Assembly (NCBI RefSeq): GCF_018350175.1
Contig: NC_058368.1
Location: 126,234,001 to 126,298,000 of the forward strand
Source: Felis catus
Lineage: Eukaryota
Direction: 5' to 3'
Length of the DNA stretch: 64,000 bases
A model generated the notes under the pieces. The model saw only the letters and a list, made by a program, of their open reading frames with translations. It did no database searches and was not told the origin of the DNA. The stretch's first letter is position 1; the number at the start of each line of letters is the position of its first letter. Shown in pieces: positions 37,880 through 52,228 of this stretch. A program made the position numbers and the translations under genes.

Positions 37880-38082
37880 TTTTTTTTTTTTTATGTTTAT
37901 TTTTGAGAAAGAGACAAAGAAGCGGGGGGATGCAGAGAGAGATGGAGACACAGAATCAGCAGTAGACTCCAGGCTCTGAGCTGTCAGCACAGAGCCTGAC
38001 ATGGGGCTTGAACCCATGAGCTGTGAGATCATGACCTGAGCCGAAGTCGGACGCTTAACCGACTGAGCCACCCAGGTGCCCC
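37880..38082 (-). mobile_element. CAN-SINE
   Basis: Degenerate TSD TAGACTACCTTACAGTAGTT / TAGATTGCCTCACAGTAGTT. Confidence 0.92.
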
Positions 38083-41000
38083 TAGATTGCCTCACAGTAG
38101 TTAGAGGTATGGAGTCAGATCTATTGAATCTAGTTCATAGAAAAGTACTATTGTTTATTGAGCATGTATTGTGTATTCAAAACTGCTAAATTCATAATGA
38201 CTGTGTGAAACATCATTGTTTTCATTTAATGGGTGAGAAAAACTGAGGCCCAGAGAGGTTAAGGGCTTTGCTCAAGGTCACACTGTGTGTGGCAGAAACA
38301 GAATGTAAACCCCAATTCTATATGATACTGCTCCTTGGTAAGAAGAAAATAAGGATTGAATACTCCTTATTTTTTACTACTTAATCCCTGAAAATCCTTT
38401 CTGAAACATTTTCCAACTGTAGGAATGCTTCCTCTTCAGGTCAGTCATTTTGAAATATTTTACCTCGATGTGACACTGAATGTTTGATGTGAATGTCACC
38501 AATATCAAGAAGATGGCCAGTACCACTCCCCACTGGGCAGTAATGAAAACCCCAGCACATTAGCCCTTTGAAAAGTTCTTGTAGACTGACATGATTGTGT
38601 AGATTGGTCTGGCTTTGTTTTCTTCCTGTCAATGACTTGCTGCTGCATCTGTTATGATACACCTTATGTAGGCTATCACAACAATGCCCATACTGGTAGA
38701 ACTTGTCTGTGTATGATCGTGGGATTGGCTTCCAACTACCTCTCAGAACTATAACACGGACCGCCTCTTTTCCAGCCACTGCTAGCAACCCTACACAAAT
38801 GTGATACATTAGTACTTGAGACAAGTCTGTTAAATTCCGCTGTGACCTTTCAAAGGCTATAATCTGAAAATCATATTGAGTCCCTGAAATATGCTGCTTC
38901 CCCCAGTTTCTTGATTTATACAATCTTTTAGTAATTCTTCTTTTAAACTCTTAGCCTTTTTGTAACCTTCTGTTTGATTATCCTTTGCAAATTCTTGGAA
39001 ATATCTGACTATATAACTTTATCGTACTAAGCAGAATGGTGCCCTTTTTAGTTATGCATGTGATGGCTGCTAGAAAAGCCAATAAATTAACTGCATATTA
39101 ATAAATCACAATAGAGTATAGTAATAGAGTAAGTGCCTTAAGATGATTTAGCTTCCTAATTTGATGTTACCAACCAGCCCATCCAACCACATTTTGTTTT
39201 TCACTAAATACTATGGTTACCCGTGGAGAAACAAATGAATGTTGAGAAATGTTGAGAATTAAAAAGAAGCTTTTTTAAACAAAGAAAGCCTAAAGCATTT
39301 CCTATTTTCAGTTGAGAATCAGTGTGACATTAAGATGATCACACCAAAAAGCAATAGAAGCTACCCTGGGGGAAATGTAAGATGATAGCCATTAAAAGCA
39401 ACAGAGGAAATCGAAGTTACTCAATATAAAACCCAGCAGACACCCCTTCAAACCAGAGGCAGTCTCTGAGTGGGCAAGTGTGGAACAGCTGGACAAGTGT
39501 CATAGCATCCTGCCCCCTCCCCCCAGAGAAGCCTGGGTCCAGGTTTGCAGTTATTCCTGCTCACAGCAGAAAAGCAGCTTCCCTGCCCTTCCCACTCTTC
39601 ATTCTCAGTGGGTTTGTTCAGCTCCATTTCCTGGAGAGAGCATTTCCTCACAGGAACTTCTATCTCACGCTGTGAGCCTTCCTACGTTAGGGGCATGACA
39701 TATTGATTTGCAGCACAATTATGTGGCCTGTCGAATGACTACCAGAGAACCCAGTAGATGTTTCCCTGTGGATCGTCCTTTCCAAAGACACTGCTTCATA
39801 GACCTTCAAATCCCAGTGGAGTAAAGAACTTAACACCAATGAGAATTTTCAAAGGAAAAAACATCAAAGATGTTTCCTCTTCCTCATCTTCTTGTTCCCA
39901 TAAGGGCAAGTGTGAGAAACGAACAAAGCAAGGAAGGGAGGACACAAAAAAATATAACCAGAGACTTGAACTACACAAGCATCCTCATTCAGAGAGCAAC
40001 AGTAAAGCAATGTTCTAGGAGCTCATAAAACACACCTGGCCTTGGTCATTCTTAATCTGCTATAGATTTCTAAAAAATAAACTAGCAAGTTCTTCTTTCT
40101 GTCCTGTAGACTTAAATACCAGTTCACTAAGTCCTGGAAATGCTAGGACTGTGAATGGTATAGCCCAACACAGTAGGCAGGGACGAAAGAAAGCAAGTCA
40201 GGTCTTGGATTCTAATTACCATTTTCTCCTAAAGTTTTAATTGGCAGATCACTCTACAGGGGTAGTTATCTTCATCTGTAAAAATAGAAGTGGCAAATAC
40301 ATTCCGCAGGTGTGGAGAGGCAATGCAACGTGTTGTGGCATAAACTAGAGTCGTGTGAAGAATGCATTCAGCTGGGTGCATATCCAGACAATGAAGGATA
40401 GCTCTGGCGAGTCCTCTGAAAATGTGGTGGTTGATTTTCCACCTGTGGAGACTTTTAGCACCTAAAATTTAAAAGGGATGATAAGCCAGACTGCTTGCTG
40501 CTGGGATGTGTGTGTGCATGTGTTGATGACTCCACATAATTCTGAACGCTTCTTAAGCTTTTGTTCAGGCAAATTTAAATTATGCCATAATGGCCTCTCT
40601 TCACCTTGACCCAAAGCCTCCTTCAGTCCTTTGTGAGGCTGCTGTTTGCCTTGTGCCCACCCAGTCCGTCACCTGGCTTAGCCTTCTCTTTAGTGCACCT
40701 CGGTCTCACAGAGTGAGGCCTCTTCATTCCATGTTTGCATTTATTTTTTTTATTTCACTTTCAGATAAAGTGAATTTTTTATTTCACTTTTAGATAAAGA
40801 TACTGTTGCATTCGTTTAATCAAGTTTAGGTCTGCCCACTCTTCAACTTGACCTGTACTTCCAACCTTCCCTTGATGCCACCCAGTGTCTGAAATTGCAC
40901 GCTGTCTCCAGGATGCCTTTTGCAGAGATGGGCATGACGTTAGGAGGCAAGTCAGAACACCACGGTTGTTATGGGACATCTTTATCCAAAGGTGTCTGCT

Positions 41001-41709
41001 CTTGGCATATTTGGACCTTATCTATTTCAGCATATTTTTGGTATGAGGGAGCATGTACGGACCAGGGTGATAGATGTCGTATAACTAAGGAGATAATTGA
41101 TTTTTAGGTAACTGGCTACTCTCTTCTCTGTCAGCACTGAGTTGGCTCCTCTTAAAACCTCCATGTAATACTTGGTGAGCACAACAAGGGGCAGAGAACT
41201 CTGCGCTGATAGGCTCTGTGCATGAGAAAGACTCATTCGAAATAGAAATGTGTGGGGGAGTGCCTCCTTGTCCTCACTGTCCCTGAGCTGTCCTGCCTAG
41301 CAGGTGCCACCTCCCACTCGACTGCAAACAAGAAGCTCACAATAGTTCTCCAGCAACAACTCTGTTGTCATTATCACCAAGTGAGGTTTGGAGCCAAGCA
41401 GCCCAAATGCCATTCTAAGTTTGTAAAACACGCAGGGATACATAAGGTGGGGGTGAGTCTGCAGAGCTCAGCACATATGCTCTGAAAACAGGGATGAAGC
41501 CCCAGGCAGAACTCATGAAAACGGACTGTGCAGACAGTCCCTTAAAGATCATGAGAACTAAATTGATATAATCCTGTGGGGGAGAGAAGGGTAATGATCC
41601 TGACCAGATTTACCTGCTTGATTCATCAGGTCACAAGGCCCTACCACATTCTTTATAATATCCATTGATCCATACACCATTCCTGTTTGCAGTTCATAAG
41701 CTATTAGCT

Positions 41710-41907
41710 TTAAAAAAAAAATGTTTACTTAGAGTGTGTGAGTCAGTGGGGGAGGGGCGGAGAGAAAGGGGGAGAGAGAATCCCAAGTAGGTTCCACACT
41801 GTCATTGAAGAGCCTGATACGGGGCTCGATTTCATGAACCACAAGATTATAACCTGAGGAGAAATCACTTGTCAGATGCTTAACTGACTGAGCTACCCAG
41901 GCACCCC
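41710..41907 (-). mobile_element. CAN-SINE
   Basis: Typical body on the minus strand. Confidence 0.88.
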
Positions 41908-42007
41908 AGCTTTTTTTTTTCTAACATACTGTTTTAAAACTGATTTGTCTGCCTTATGGAGACAAACACTGAACCATTTCATAGCCCAGCTTTTAAAAAA
42001 TAAATAC

Positions 42008-42654
42008 ATGCTAGGAATGCAAGCTGGTGCTGCCATTCTGGAAAACAATATGGAGGTTCCTCAAAAAACTAGAAATAGAACTACCCTACAACTCAACAAT
42101 TACACTACTAGGTACTTATCCAAGGGATACAGGTATGCTGTTTCGGAGGGGCACATGCACCCCAATGTTTATAGCAGCACTATCGGCAATAGCCAAAGTA
42201 TGGAAAGAGCCCAAATGTCCATCGATGGATGAATGGATAAAGAAGATGTGGTATATGTATATACAATGGAGTATTACTCAGCAAATCAAAAAGAATGAAA
42301 TCTTGCCATTTGCAACTATGTGGATGGAACTGGACGGTATTCTAAGTGAAATTAGTCAGAGAAAGACAAATATCATATGGTTTCACTCATATGATGACTT
42401 TAAGAGACAAAACAGATGAACGTAAAGGAAGGGGAACAAAAGTAATATAAAAACAGGGAGGGGGACAAAACACAAGACACTCTTAAATATGGAGAACAAA
42501 CAGAAGGTTACTAGAGGGGTTGTGGGCAGGGGGATGGGCTAACTGGGTAAGGGGCACTAAGGAATCCACTCCTGAAATCATTGTTGCACTATATGCTAAC
42601 TAATTTGGATGTAACTTAAAAAAATTAAATTAATAAAATTTTTTCTTAAAAAAT
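42008..42654 (+). mobile_element. 5'-truncated carnivore/felid L1 (ORF2 C-terminus plus 3'UTR)
   Basis: WRFLKKLEIELPY...CTPMFIAAL...WIKKMW; A-rich tail; TSD AAAATAAATAC at 41997-42007 and 42655-42665. Confidence 0.93.
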
Positions 42655-45600
42655 AAAATAAATACTTGGAACTGTGTGAAATTATTCTGGGTTCTAAAAA
42701 GCAGGATTAAAACACCCAAAAGTATGAGGAATGACAGGTTGTTTAGTTAACTTGTTTACTGTGTCACTATGAAAATACTTGCCTTTTAGCCATTTCAGTG
42801 GCTTTTATTTCCTTTGCGAAACTAAGCAGCCAAGTATATTACCTTAGTTTCTTGATTTATGGGTGTATTTTGTCAACATTTTCGTACTTTGAGATCAGGT
42901 ATTCATTGCATAATTAAATGAAAAGCAACTTGCCAGCTCCCAGAAGTGTAAGTTGTCCTTTGTGGTAATTGCCTGAACACGTATCAGTGTAACTGTATGT
43001 AAAGGTAGCTGTCCATGTATTGCTACCTCTATTGAGATATTTGCAATTGTAGTACCACCTGTAGTTGAATTTCAATCACAATTGTCATTCAGTAATTGCC
43101 ATTTGCAATACCTTAAAAGTTACTATGATCTAGCAGAGAAATGAGAAGTCATTAAATGCAGAAGGTTGTCATCTGCCAGATAGTTTAGAAACAGGCAGTG
43201 GGAACCACCAGTCGCTCAAAATAGAACACAAATTTTCCATAGCTTGGTTAGATTGATATGACATGACCCATTCAAGTGCTGGTTAGGATTATCACCAGGG
43301 GATTGATCAATGCCAACAGCTTCTGACTAAAGTTAGACAGACATTGTTGAATTCCCAAAATGTCTAAGTCAGTTAAACAAGACCAACCATCCATCCAACA
43401 AGTTTAACAAGATAGGGAGAGCAGGTAAAAACACTTCAAGTATCTTCAATTACTCAGAGTAAAGTCCTAACGTTGCTAAGAATTTCAACATTATGATTGC
43501 AGGTTATAATAAGTGTAGAGTAAGTTTTATAGGTGTTTTAGATCAATGATACATCTTAAAGTCCTGTGAAAAGGAACAGAATGGAATGAGAGAATTCACT
43601 GATAATCCCATGGTTGATGAAGTAAAAAAGACAAGACTACAATCCCACTTTTACTTTGGCATTGAACATGAGTTGGCAGAGTGTGTGTTCTTTGGGCCCT
43701 GAGTGAGAAGGCATTTCTTTTGCCTCATCTTTCAGAATTTTTCTCAGTTGAGCTCACTGAACTCAGATACTCATGAAGATCTTTCTTACACTTTCCGTGA
43801 TGCCCCATGCTTTGGTAAGTAAGCCGACATAGCAGGTTCCATTTATTTGTTGCCCTCACTTTCTCTTCAACCAAGCAACCAAAACAATTCATAGGCATAG
43901 ATTTCATGTAAAAAAAACAAAAATCAAAAAACACCTTGGTGCCTTTGTTGAAGAGAAGATGCAATCTTCTGCCACACCTCTCATTTAAAATACATGTCTG
44001 GAGTAGTGTGCCATGTCTGCCAGCCCATTTGCTCTTCTGTAGGATGACCTACAGTTTCAACTTGCCTGAGGCAGTCTCAGTGTGTGTCTGCGTCCAAGTG
44101 TCCCTTCTACTTGAGCATTTTTCCAGACAAAAGCATCCCTTATTGAATAGTAAATTATATAATTACTCTATTCACATGAAATATGCTAAGTAAGCTAAGG
44201 AAAAAAAAAGTCATTCTCAAGAAAATGTATATCAATCCACTCAAGTCTACCACCTACCCAGAGAAAATTCTTAGATACCAATCTTGCATATCATTCCTTT
44301 CAAAGCAAAGAACATCGCTGTAAAACACTTTAGTGTCTCTATAGCCTAATCCAACATTTGTTGATGGAATGTGTTTTTGTTGTGTGTTCTATGGAGTTTA
44401 GTTTAGTGGACAGGGAAAACTACTATGCGTCATTATCCAGATACTTCTTCCTCATAAAGCTAAAGAGTACGACCTCAGCCTGACTCTGTGAGTATAAGAT
44501 CAAGAATGCACAGCCATACAGAAGACTGAAGGTGGTGTAATCCAGACTCACTCACTACTTTAGATGACACATGCACTGTTGGGAAAAAGGCAGCAGTAGA
44601 GTACAAATCTGTCATATTCCTGGCTAAGGACACAAAATATACAGTCATGCAAGGCCCAAATACCTGTAATAGGTAATCTTGGAAAAGATGGCATGGCTTC
44701 TTCTGATGGAAAGAAAGGAAAAGAAAAGTTTCACATTGTTCTAGGAATTTCACTTATCTGAGTGATATCATCACTTGACTGGGTTATCATTTCTTTTAAT
44801 GTAAAATTAAATGTGGGCACCCCATTTCTGGCTTTTTATTACTAAGATAATTTTATTTATATGCCTTTATTTTCTATTCCTAGAGCTTTGTTATAATATT
44901 AATTACATCGGATGATTGTTTTAAAGTTTTTCCTTCACCTTTACCCCATCACCAGTTATGATAACTAGAACTTGAAATTTTTATGCTCCTGGAAAATTTT
45001 AGATGTATCAGTTTTGTTTAACTGTTTAGCTGATGTTTGAAGAAGGCAGATAAACTGAGTGTTCCCTCTTCCCTCCAGAGAAACACCTGAGTTGCAGAAG
45101 TGGCTGAACCTTCTGACCTCCTATATCCCCTTAGATCATGGCTGTTATGAGTTACCCAGATTGAGATATGGCCCTTTGTAAGCAGTACTGGAAAGAAGCA
45201 GGCAGGAAAAGATGGGCAGTTCTGTCAGTTTCAGACATTTCAGATTCTTGGGTCTCTTCCTCCCCTCCCAATCCCAAATAACCCTATCCTCCATATCCAC
45301 CCTGGCTTAGCATTTTTAATATCTGTGGGATTTTCCATTTCCAACATGGCTGATGCAGAACTAAGAGGTAGCCATTACTGGTGTCATGGCCTTAAGAATT
45401 AAATCCATGAAGGGACAGTAGAGAGACAGTTCCTCTCTCTTGTGTACTTAGAAGCCATTTCATAGAAGAATAAAATTAAATAATCCTAAAGGGCTTTTTA
45501 AAACCCAGAATTCTAGTTATCAAGGTTGGTGTAAATTTTCCATTTTCCTCTTTGATCTTCAAATGAGCATGCAAGATGGGAAGGCCTGTATAATTCCTTA

Positions 45601-46094
45601 AGATCATTTCAACTTGAAGATGTATTGACACTCATAAATTTTCTACTCAGTGAGCTATCATTCTTCTAAGCATCTGATTGTGCTAGATAGTTTTGACAAT
45701 GCTATAGTTTCTAAGTAAGCCTGGAATCCATTTAAAATAATAATTTCAGACTTGCAGACTAGAACCAGTATATGCAGAATGAAAGAAATTCCTTGTGTCT
45801 GGTTGGTTACAATAGCTCAAGTCCATGGTACATATGTTCCCTGCACATTTTAACAAAGAATTTAGTAGGTTTTGAGCTATGGTTATATAGTAGTAGCCTT
45901 TACAATGTATTGCTGCTAAAGGGGAGAATGGAAGGCTCTTTCCCAGGAGAGATGAGACAAGAACAGAGAGATAGAATGGCAAAGGAATTCTTCCTTTGAT
46001 GGTAGTTATTCCAGATGTACCACATTCCTTAGCCTAAGACTTCCTTCTTTCCTCAGACATTAACTGAGCTTATTGATGTAGCAGAAATGCTAAG

Positions 46095-46235
46095 TTAGTG
46101 TTTCTCAACATCAGTATTATCAATTTTTTTTTATTGGACCTGTGCATTGTAGACTCTTGAGCAGCGTGCCTCACCTCTACCCATACTGGTAGCCTCCCCA
46201 TCCACATGTGACAATCACAAATGTCTCGAGATCTC
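46095..46235. mobile_element. MER20-like element
   Basis: AGTGTTTCTCAACATCAGTATTAT..CCTGTGCATTGTAG..TGTGACAATCACAAATGTCTC. Confidence 0.65.
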
Positions 46236-48349
46236 AACATGGTACGTATGGTAACAGTGGACTGTATAGAGTATTATGAGAACACAGAGGATGGATGAGG
46301 ACAAAAAATAACTAGGGAGAGCAGGATGAGTTAGGACATAGATACAAGATAGCGTGGTATGAATAAAAGGGTTGGTGTGGCTGCCATCTAAAGGTCGTGG
46401 CAACACGTGGTAAGAGATAAGGGCGAAAGAGAAGCAGACACCAGATCATAGGAGGCCAACTTCTTTTCGTTTGCTCTGTGTGAACCAAATTTAGCTCGCA
46501 TTCACACCTGAGTCATGCCATTCAAAAAGTGTCATATAAAAGATTATTTTAAATATTGGCAACAGAATCCTAGCAGTATTTTTGTAGAAGATGAATTAAG
46601 TCATATTTATGGATCAAGTTTATTCTGTTAGGGCCAAGCACATATAGTTGAATTATTGTTTCCTAATATTGATAGTGCATTCTTTGAAAACTACTTGGAA
46701 TATGTTCATATCCTCCATCATAAATTCTTGCTCCAAGTATTTTTTTTTTCTCAACAAGTGTATTGGCATCCATGTTGATTTCTAGCTGTGCTTAGTCTTA
46801 CATCAAAATGCTGGCTTTGAGCAATGTTTGAGAGAAGAGATTTATCCATCTGCATTCTATTTCAGGCAGAACCATTGACTCAGGGAGTGAGACACTTGAC
46901 CTACTTGTGGCTCACTTCAACGCAGCAGGAGAACTGCACAAGTGGGGCCGCTGATCCTCATAGCATCAACACTGACATTTCCTGGCAAGAGGAGATTTAA
47001 ATTTAAATAGAAGGGGCCTCCAGCATCATCATTTTGTTACCTCTTCTTGGGTGAATTAGTCCTGTGACAGTTCTGTTAAATCAAGTAAAATTTTAAAATG
47101 CACAATAATTACAGAGTCTAATGAAGCTCTGAAGCAACCTTCCCATTCTCTCCACAAAAATCAAACTTTGCATTCCCTTTGTTGAAGAATATGGGAAGAC
47201 TGCAGTTCATTTCCACACATACTTATGACCTCCCCCTCTGAACTAAGCACTGGAATGTGAATACAACCTAGTGGGCATAAGGTTGACTAAGACCTGATAT
47301 ACTGAGGAAAGGAACAGATCATCTCAAATCAATATATTAAGTGCATGAGTGGGGAAAAACAGAAATAGCTATTCCAATGGGAGGTTTGCAGGATAGAATC
47401 TTTAGGGGGGGAGAGCCAAGGCATACTAGAAGAAATACTCTGACAGTTGCCAAGTAAAGAAGAGGGGCGGTTTTTCAAGAAGAGAAAAGAGCCAGCACTA
47501 GCAGATATAGCAAATAGCAGTAAATGCAGAGGATGTAAGTGGGAGTGAGGAAGGCATGGGGGGCCAGACGTCCCCTCAAAAGGAATGCAGGCTTGATCCT
47601 GTATGTCCTGGGCCATAATATGATAAAGACAGATGGGCATTTTTGAGAAATCACTATAGTAGCTGGGTAGAAAATGAGTTGAAAGTGACATAACCACAGG
47701 TAAGGAAATTAGTTAATGGTTTGTTGTAGTTAAGGTAAGTCTGAACTTACAAAGTGCCAGTGGGGATAGAAGGGATGAGTTTGAGAAATATTTAGGCAGG
47801 CTGACTTGCTGGCTGAATGAACTTTAAGATTTTAGAAACTGTTATCAAGAGGAACAATGGAAAGTATACCTCTTAAGGGCAAATTAAAGTTACTATAATT
47901 ATTCCACCTGAAGATGACAGTCCATCACTTTTGGTGAACACTAAGTCAAATAACTAGGGGTTAAAATAAAGTAGCTTGGGGTAAGGGATGGGCAAGGTAG
48001 GAAAAGTTGGGGGAAAAAGGATAAGCAGTTTTTTAAAAAGACGCACTGGAAGTAATTTCCCACCAGTGTTATAAGTATGATTTTATCAGAATTAACAAGG
48101 AAATAAACATGGAGCATGGGTGCTAAGCATGCCTCTTATTTAAGTGAAATAGTCTCATGATGTGGCAGTGCTTGACACATGATCATTTGGAAGGTAGAAA
48201 GGAAGAGGGAGAAAAGCAGATTAACAAAATGGAATTATGCCAACAGCCTAAATAATAACAGGAATGCTTGAAGAAGGATTTAAAGAAATATTTCTCAAAT
48301 AATGACTATCAGACACTGAAAAATCACAGTAACCTCAGTGAAGTAGTCA

Positions 48350-48580
48350 AGAGGTCAGATACTAGAGCTCCACTGCCTTTGTTGGAATTCTGGCCCTACG
48401 AGTTAATAGCTATATGAACTTCAGCTCCTTCATTTACTACTCTGAGCCTCAGTGTCCCCATATGTAAAATAGGGACACTGTTGGAAGAGTACCTGTATCA
48501 TTAGACTTTATGGGGATTAAATGTTTGTACATGTAGTGAGCTTAGAACAGCATCTGGTACAAAGTAGGAATCATTTAATA
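48350..48580. mobile_element. MIR (similar MIR remnants near 4860, 23940, 24150, 25900, 33010, 37050, 38200)
   Basis: Core CTCTGAGCCTCAGTGTCCCCATATGTAAAATAGGG. Confidence 0.7.
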
Positions 48581-51500
48581 TTGACTGTTATTAATGTTAT
48601 TAGAGCTGGAATTTGTTGAATATGGTGGTACTTCTGGTTTTTTTGGTTGTTTGGGGACCAGGGGAGGGGCACATTCCAGTTTTTTGGGACCAGGCCAATG
48701 GTTTTGAGGTCCTTATCATTCTCAGGAATTGACTTATAAGCAAAGTCACCTGACACTCTTGCCCATCACCTTCAGTCACAAGGTGCAGATATTTTGAAGT
48801 GACAGGCAATCCACCAAGAATGTCATTTGCTCATAGTAGGGTTCATGATGTAACAAAGGCTACCTGTTCTTCTGTAGGAAATCTACTTCCTTCCCAGTCA
48901 TTTTGCACCTGCCGGACAGGTAAGTGTTGGGATCCATTATCTATAGGTGCCTCAGGTTTCTGAAAAGACAGTGTGGTATTCCTCTAAATAATCATTCCAA
49001 GTGCAGTTACCATAAATTTGTTGAGTTGGATTTAGCCCAGTTTAGCTCGGTATCAAGAAAAGGAGATCATTTTTGGCAGCTGCAGACAGAGTACAAAATA
49101 TTAGGACACACAAGACTAATTTCAATTCCATTGCATGGAATCTGCAAATTATCATTTGCCTTTGAAATGAGTTACTGGCTGAGCCCTGGAAATGGCTGCC
49201 AGACACATGCAAAATGACCCAATTCAAAGGGAATATTTTTGCACTGAAAGATTGAGGACATAAGTGTTTGCTTTAGTGAGTGTAATTGTCTTAAACGAAG
49301 CAATGACAGGGAAGGAAAGCAGCCATTTTGCAGCATTTACAATCCACAACACAAGGGAAATTATGCTATCTAATGGGCCCTTTTAAACATAGGAAAAACA
49401 GGAGAACACACCTTTCCAACTATAAATTGCCTTAGCTGATGTACGCTTCAATTAATACATCTAGAGGAACACATGAGGTTTTCTCAAAGAATCGACTGCT
49501 TGTTTTCGCACCAAATGTAAGTGAGAGTGCTGAATGAAGATGTCATTTGCCTGTTGACTGCACTCCCGCCTTCTCCCAAGTACTCACCGACTGTATGCCT
49601 TCAACTTCTAAAGCCAAGGAGTTCCACAGTTAACTGTGAAATGTCCTGTCTTTCTACATCCCAATGAAGCTTTAGGGTGTGTGTGTAGGTGGTTTGATTT
49701 GTGTTAAAGTAGCATCACGCAGGATAGCTTCTTTTCGTATGGTTACTATCTTTTTGATAGGGAGACTACAGCAGGGCAGAAAAGGGAAAACTGAAATTTG
49801 TGTCTTTATGTGTTTGTGTATGTATATTGTTTGTGTATCCTATCTTAGGCACTCCCACAGACTGTCACAGTGAAGGCATCTTATACAGTTAAACTGTCTC
49901 CCAGTACTTACCTTAGAATGCTATTTTTTTTTTTTTATAACTAAGTCCTTATTCTAAAGCAAACAACTACACATTTCTCCTCTGTTATGGCTCTTCTCTC
50001 TCCTTCACCGGTCTGTCTGCTTCTCTTCTGTCATCCACCAGCACTCTAGATTCCTTCTTCTAATTTCTCCCTTCTGTTGTCAGTGTTTTTTAAATAGGGA
50101 TGGTTAAAAAATATTGGTAATCTAAATTTACAGAGCTTTCCAAAGTCTTAGTGATAAATCATACTTATTGAGACCCACATCATGCCCGATATTTCTCTAA
50201 GAATAATCCTTATGCTGAAGGTGTTTACAGACTGGAGAGAAAATGGAACATATTTGAATCACAAAATCTGAGAATTGAAAGAACCTGAGAAGCTATGTGA
50301 TCAGACTTCATACTCCATGGAGGTAATCTCTCTACAACATAGTAATAAACTGTGACTCAGCCCAGGTTCCTGGGCTTGCTAGGCTGGGGAAATGACTGCC
50401 ATTGATCTAAGTAATGTATATTTCTCCTGAATAATGAGATAAAATTGGATTTCTCACACTTTTTCCTGTCGGCCCTACTTGTGCCAAATTGATTTTTCTT
50501 CCATATATAGAGCTCTTCAAATATTGGAAGTTTTCTAATAATATCAGGGGTATGTCCTAGATGATTTCTTCTCACTCTATACACTTTTCCCTAAGCAATC
50601 TTGTCTGTGTGTGGTTTTATAATTCTCAGTATCATGATGACTCCCAAATGTTTACCTCCAGCTCACTTCTCTCTTGAGCATCAGGTGTGAGCGTTCATTT
50701 ACTTGCACTTTGTATCTCACGTGTCCCTCAGACTCTATTGCCTTCATCATCTCCAAACCCATCTTCCTTCTCCTGGGTCCAAACCCATCTTCCTTCTCCT
50801 GGGTCCCCTGTCTTAGTAACACCCTCACCTACCTTGGTACTCAAACCTCAGAGTCATCTTTGATTTCTTATTCCCTGTCTCAGGATAGAAAGAGAGAGCC
50901 ACTAAGAATTTTTTAACTTAAATGACAGAATAAAATGGATTTTTTTCAATAAAAATTTGTATGTAGTGGTATTTCAAATAGATTAGGGGTTGATGGAATT
51001 AACATAAGGAAAGCAGAACAATAAAGCAGGTTTTCCAGGGAGTAATACAGAGGTGAATGGGTGAGTGTTTGAGAAAGAGATTTGAAAATAATAGCAGAAA
51101 GAGACAGATAACACTTTATATATTAAAAAAAAAGTCAGACCTTTCATATATGTATATAATACAGTGATTTAAATCTGACTGGGTCAAAAATGGTAGAAAA
51201 TCATCTACTTGATACCTTATCATTAATCACTTGTGTTTTCTTCTGTAAGGAACTGTCATCATTAGTCAAAAACTTAAAAATTTCCTTTCTATACTGTGCT
51301 GCTAATTCCCCCAGGAATGGGAGATGTAAAAAAGTGGGAGTAGTATTTTTGTTCTCATTTTCTGAGGATCTTTCCTAGGTTATTTCCTTCAGGGAGTGAG
51401 TGGGGAGAGTCCCAGGCTCGTTTATGGGCTAGAAGCTTCGGTGATATTAATATTTCACTTTGAAGATAATTTCATATGCAAATAATTCTCATGGGTAGGA

Positions 51501-52002
51501 AATCCTATCATGTATTTAAACTATAGCTTTCATGAGACTAAATAATTATTATGGACAAATAGTGCTGGTTAACTTTAGGTGGGGTAATAATGATGATCCC
51601 TAATAGATGCATTATATTTAGGTAAAGGAGTTCTCAAAGCATTATACGAGCAAACTAAGAGCTGAGAATATTTTACAAGCCAAGAATAACAGAGTGGAGT
51701 TTGGTTGTTAACTGGTGTTGACAAGACAGGTACAGACTGGATATTTTAATTGTTGCTTGGGCCTGCATTAGAAGTAGGATTAATTTCCAAGGAACTAAAA
51801 TGTAGCTGAGATGAGTTGGTAAAGACATTTTCCCTTCCTTGAGGAGCTGGGATTTGGATTGTTTTAACATTACATGTCCCATTCCTTACAACCTGCAAGA
51901 ACACTGTAGAATGAAAATAATGTAGCATCAGAGAAATCAAAGAGGTCAAACCTAATGGGCACTTCAGGATGCTACCTCATACTTTTAAAATAGGTTATTT
52001 TA

Positions 52003-52228
52003 GGGGCTCCTGGGTGCCTCAGTTGGTTAAGGGTCCGACTTTGGCTCAGGTTATGATCTGATGTGATGAACCCATGGTGTGTGGGTTCTAGCCCACATCA
52101 GGCTCTATGCTGACCGCTTGGACTCTGGATCCTGCTTCAGATTCTGTGTCTTCCTATCTCTCGGCCTCTCCCCTGCTCATGCTCTGTCTCTTGTAAAAAT
52201 AAAAACACATAAAAAAGTTTTAAATAAA
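52003..52228 (+). mobile_element. CAN-SINE
   Basis: TSD TAGGTTATTTTAG / TAAGTTATTTTAG. Confidence 0.9.
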
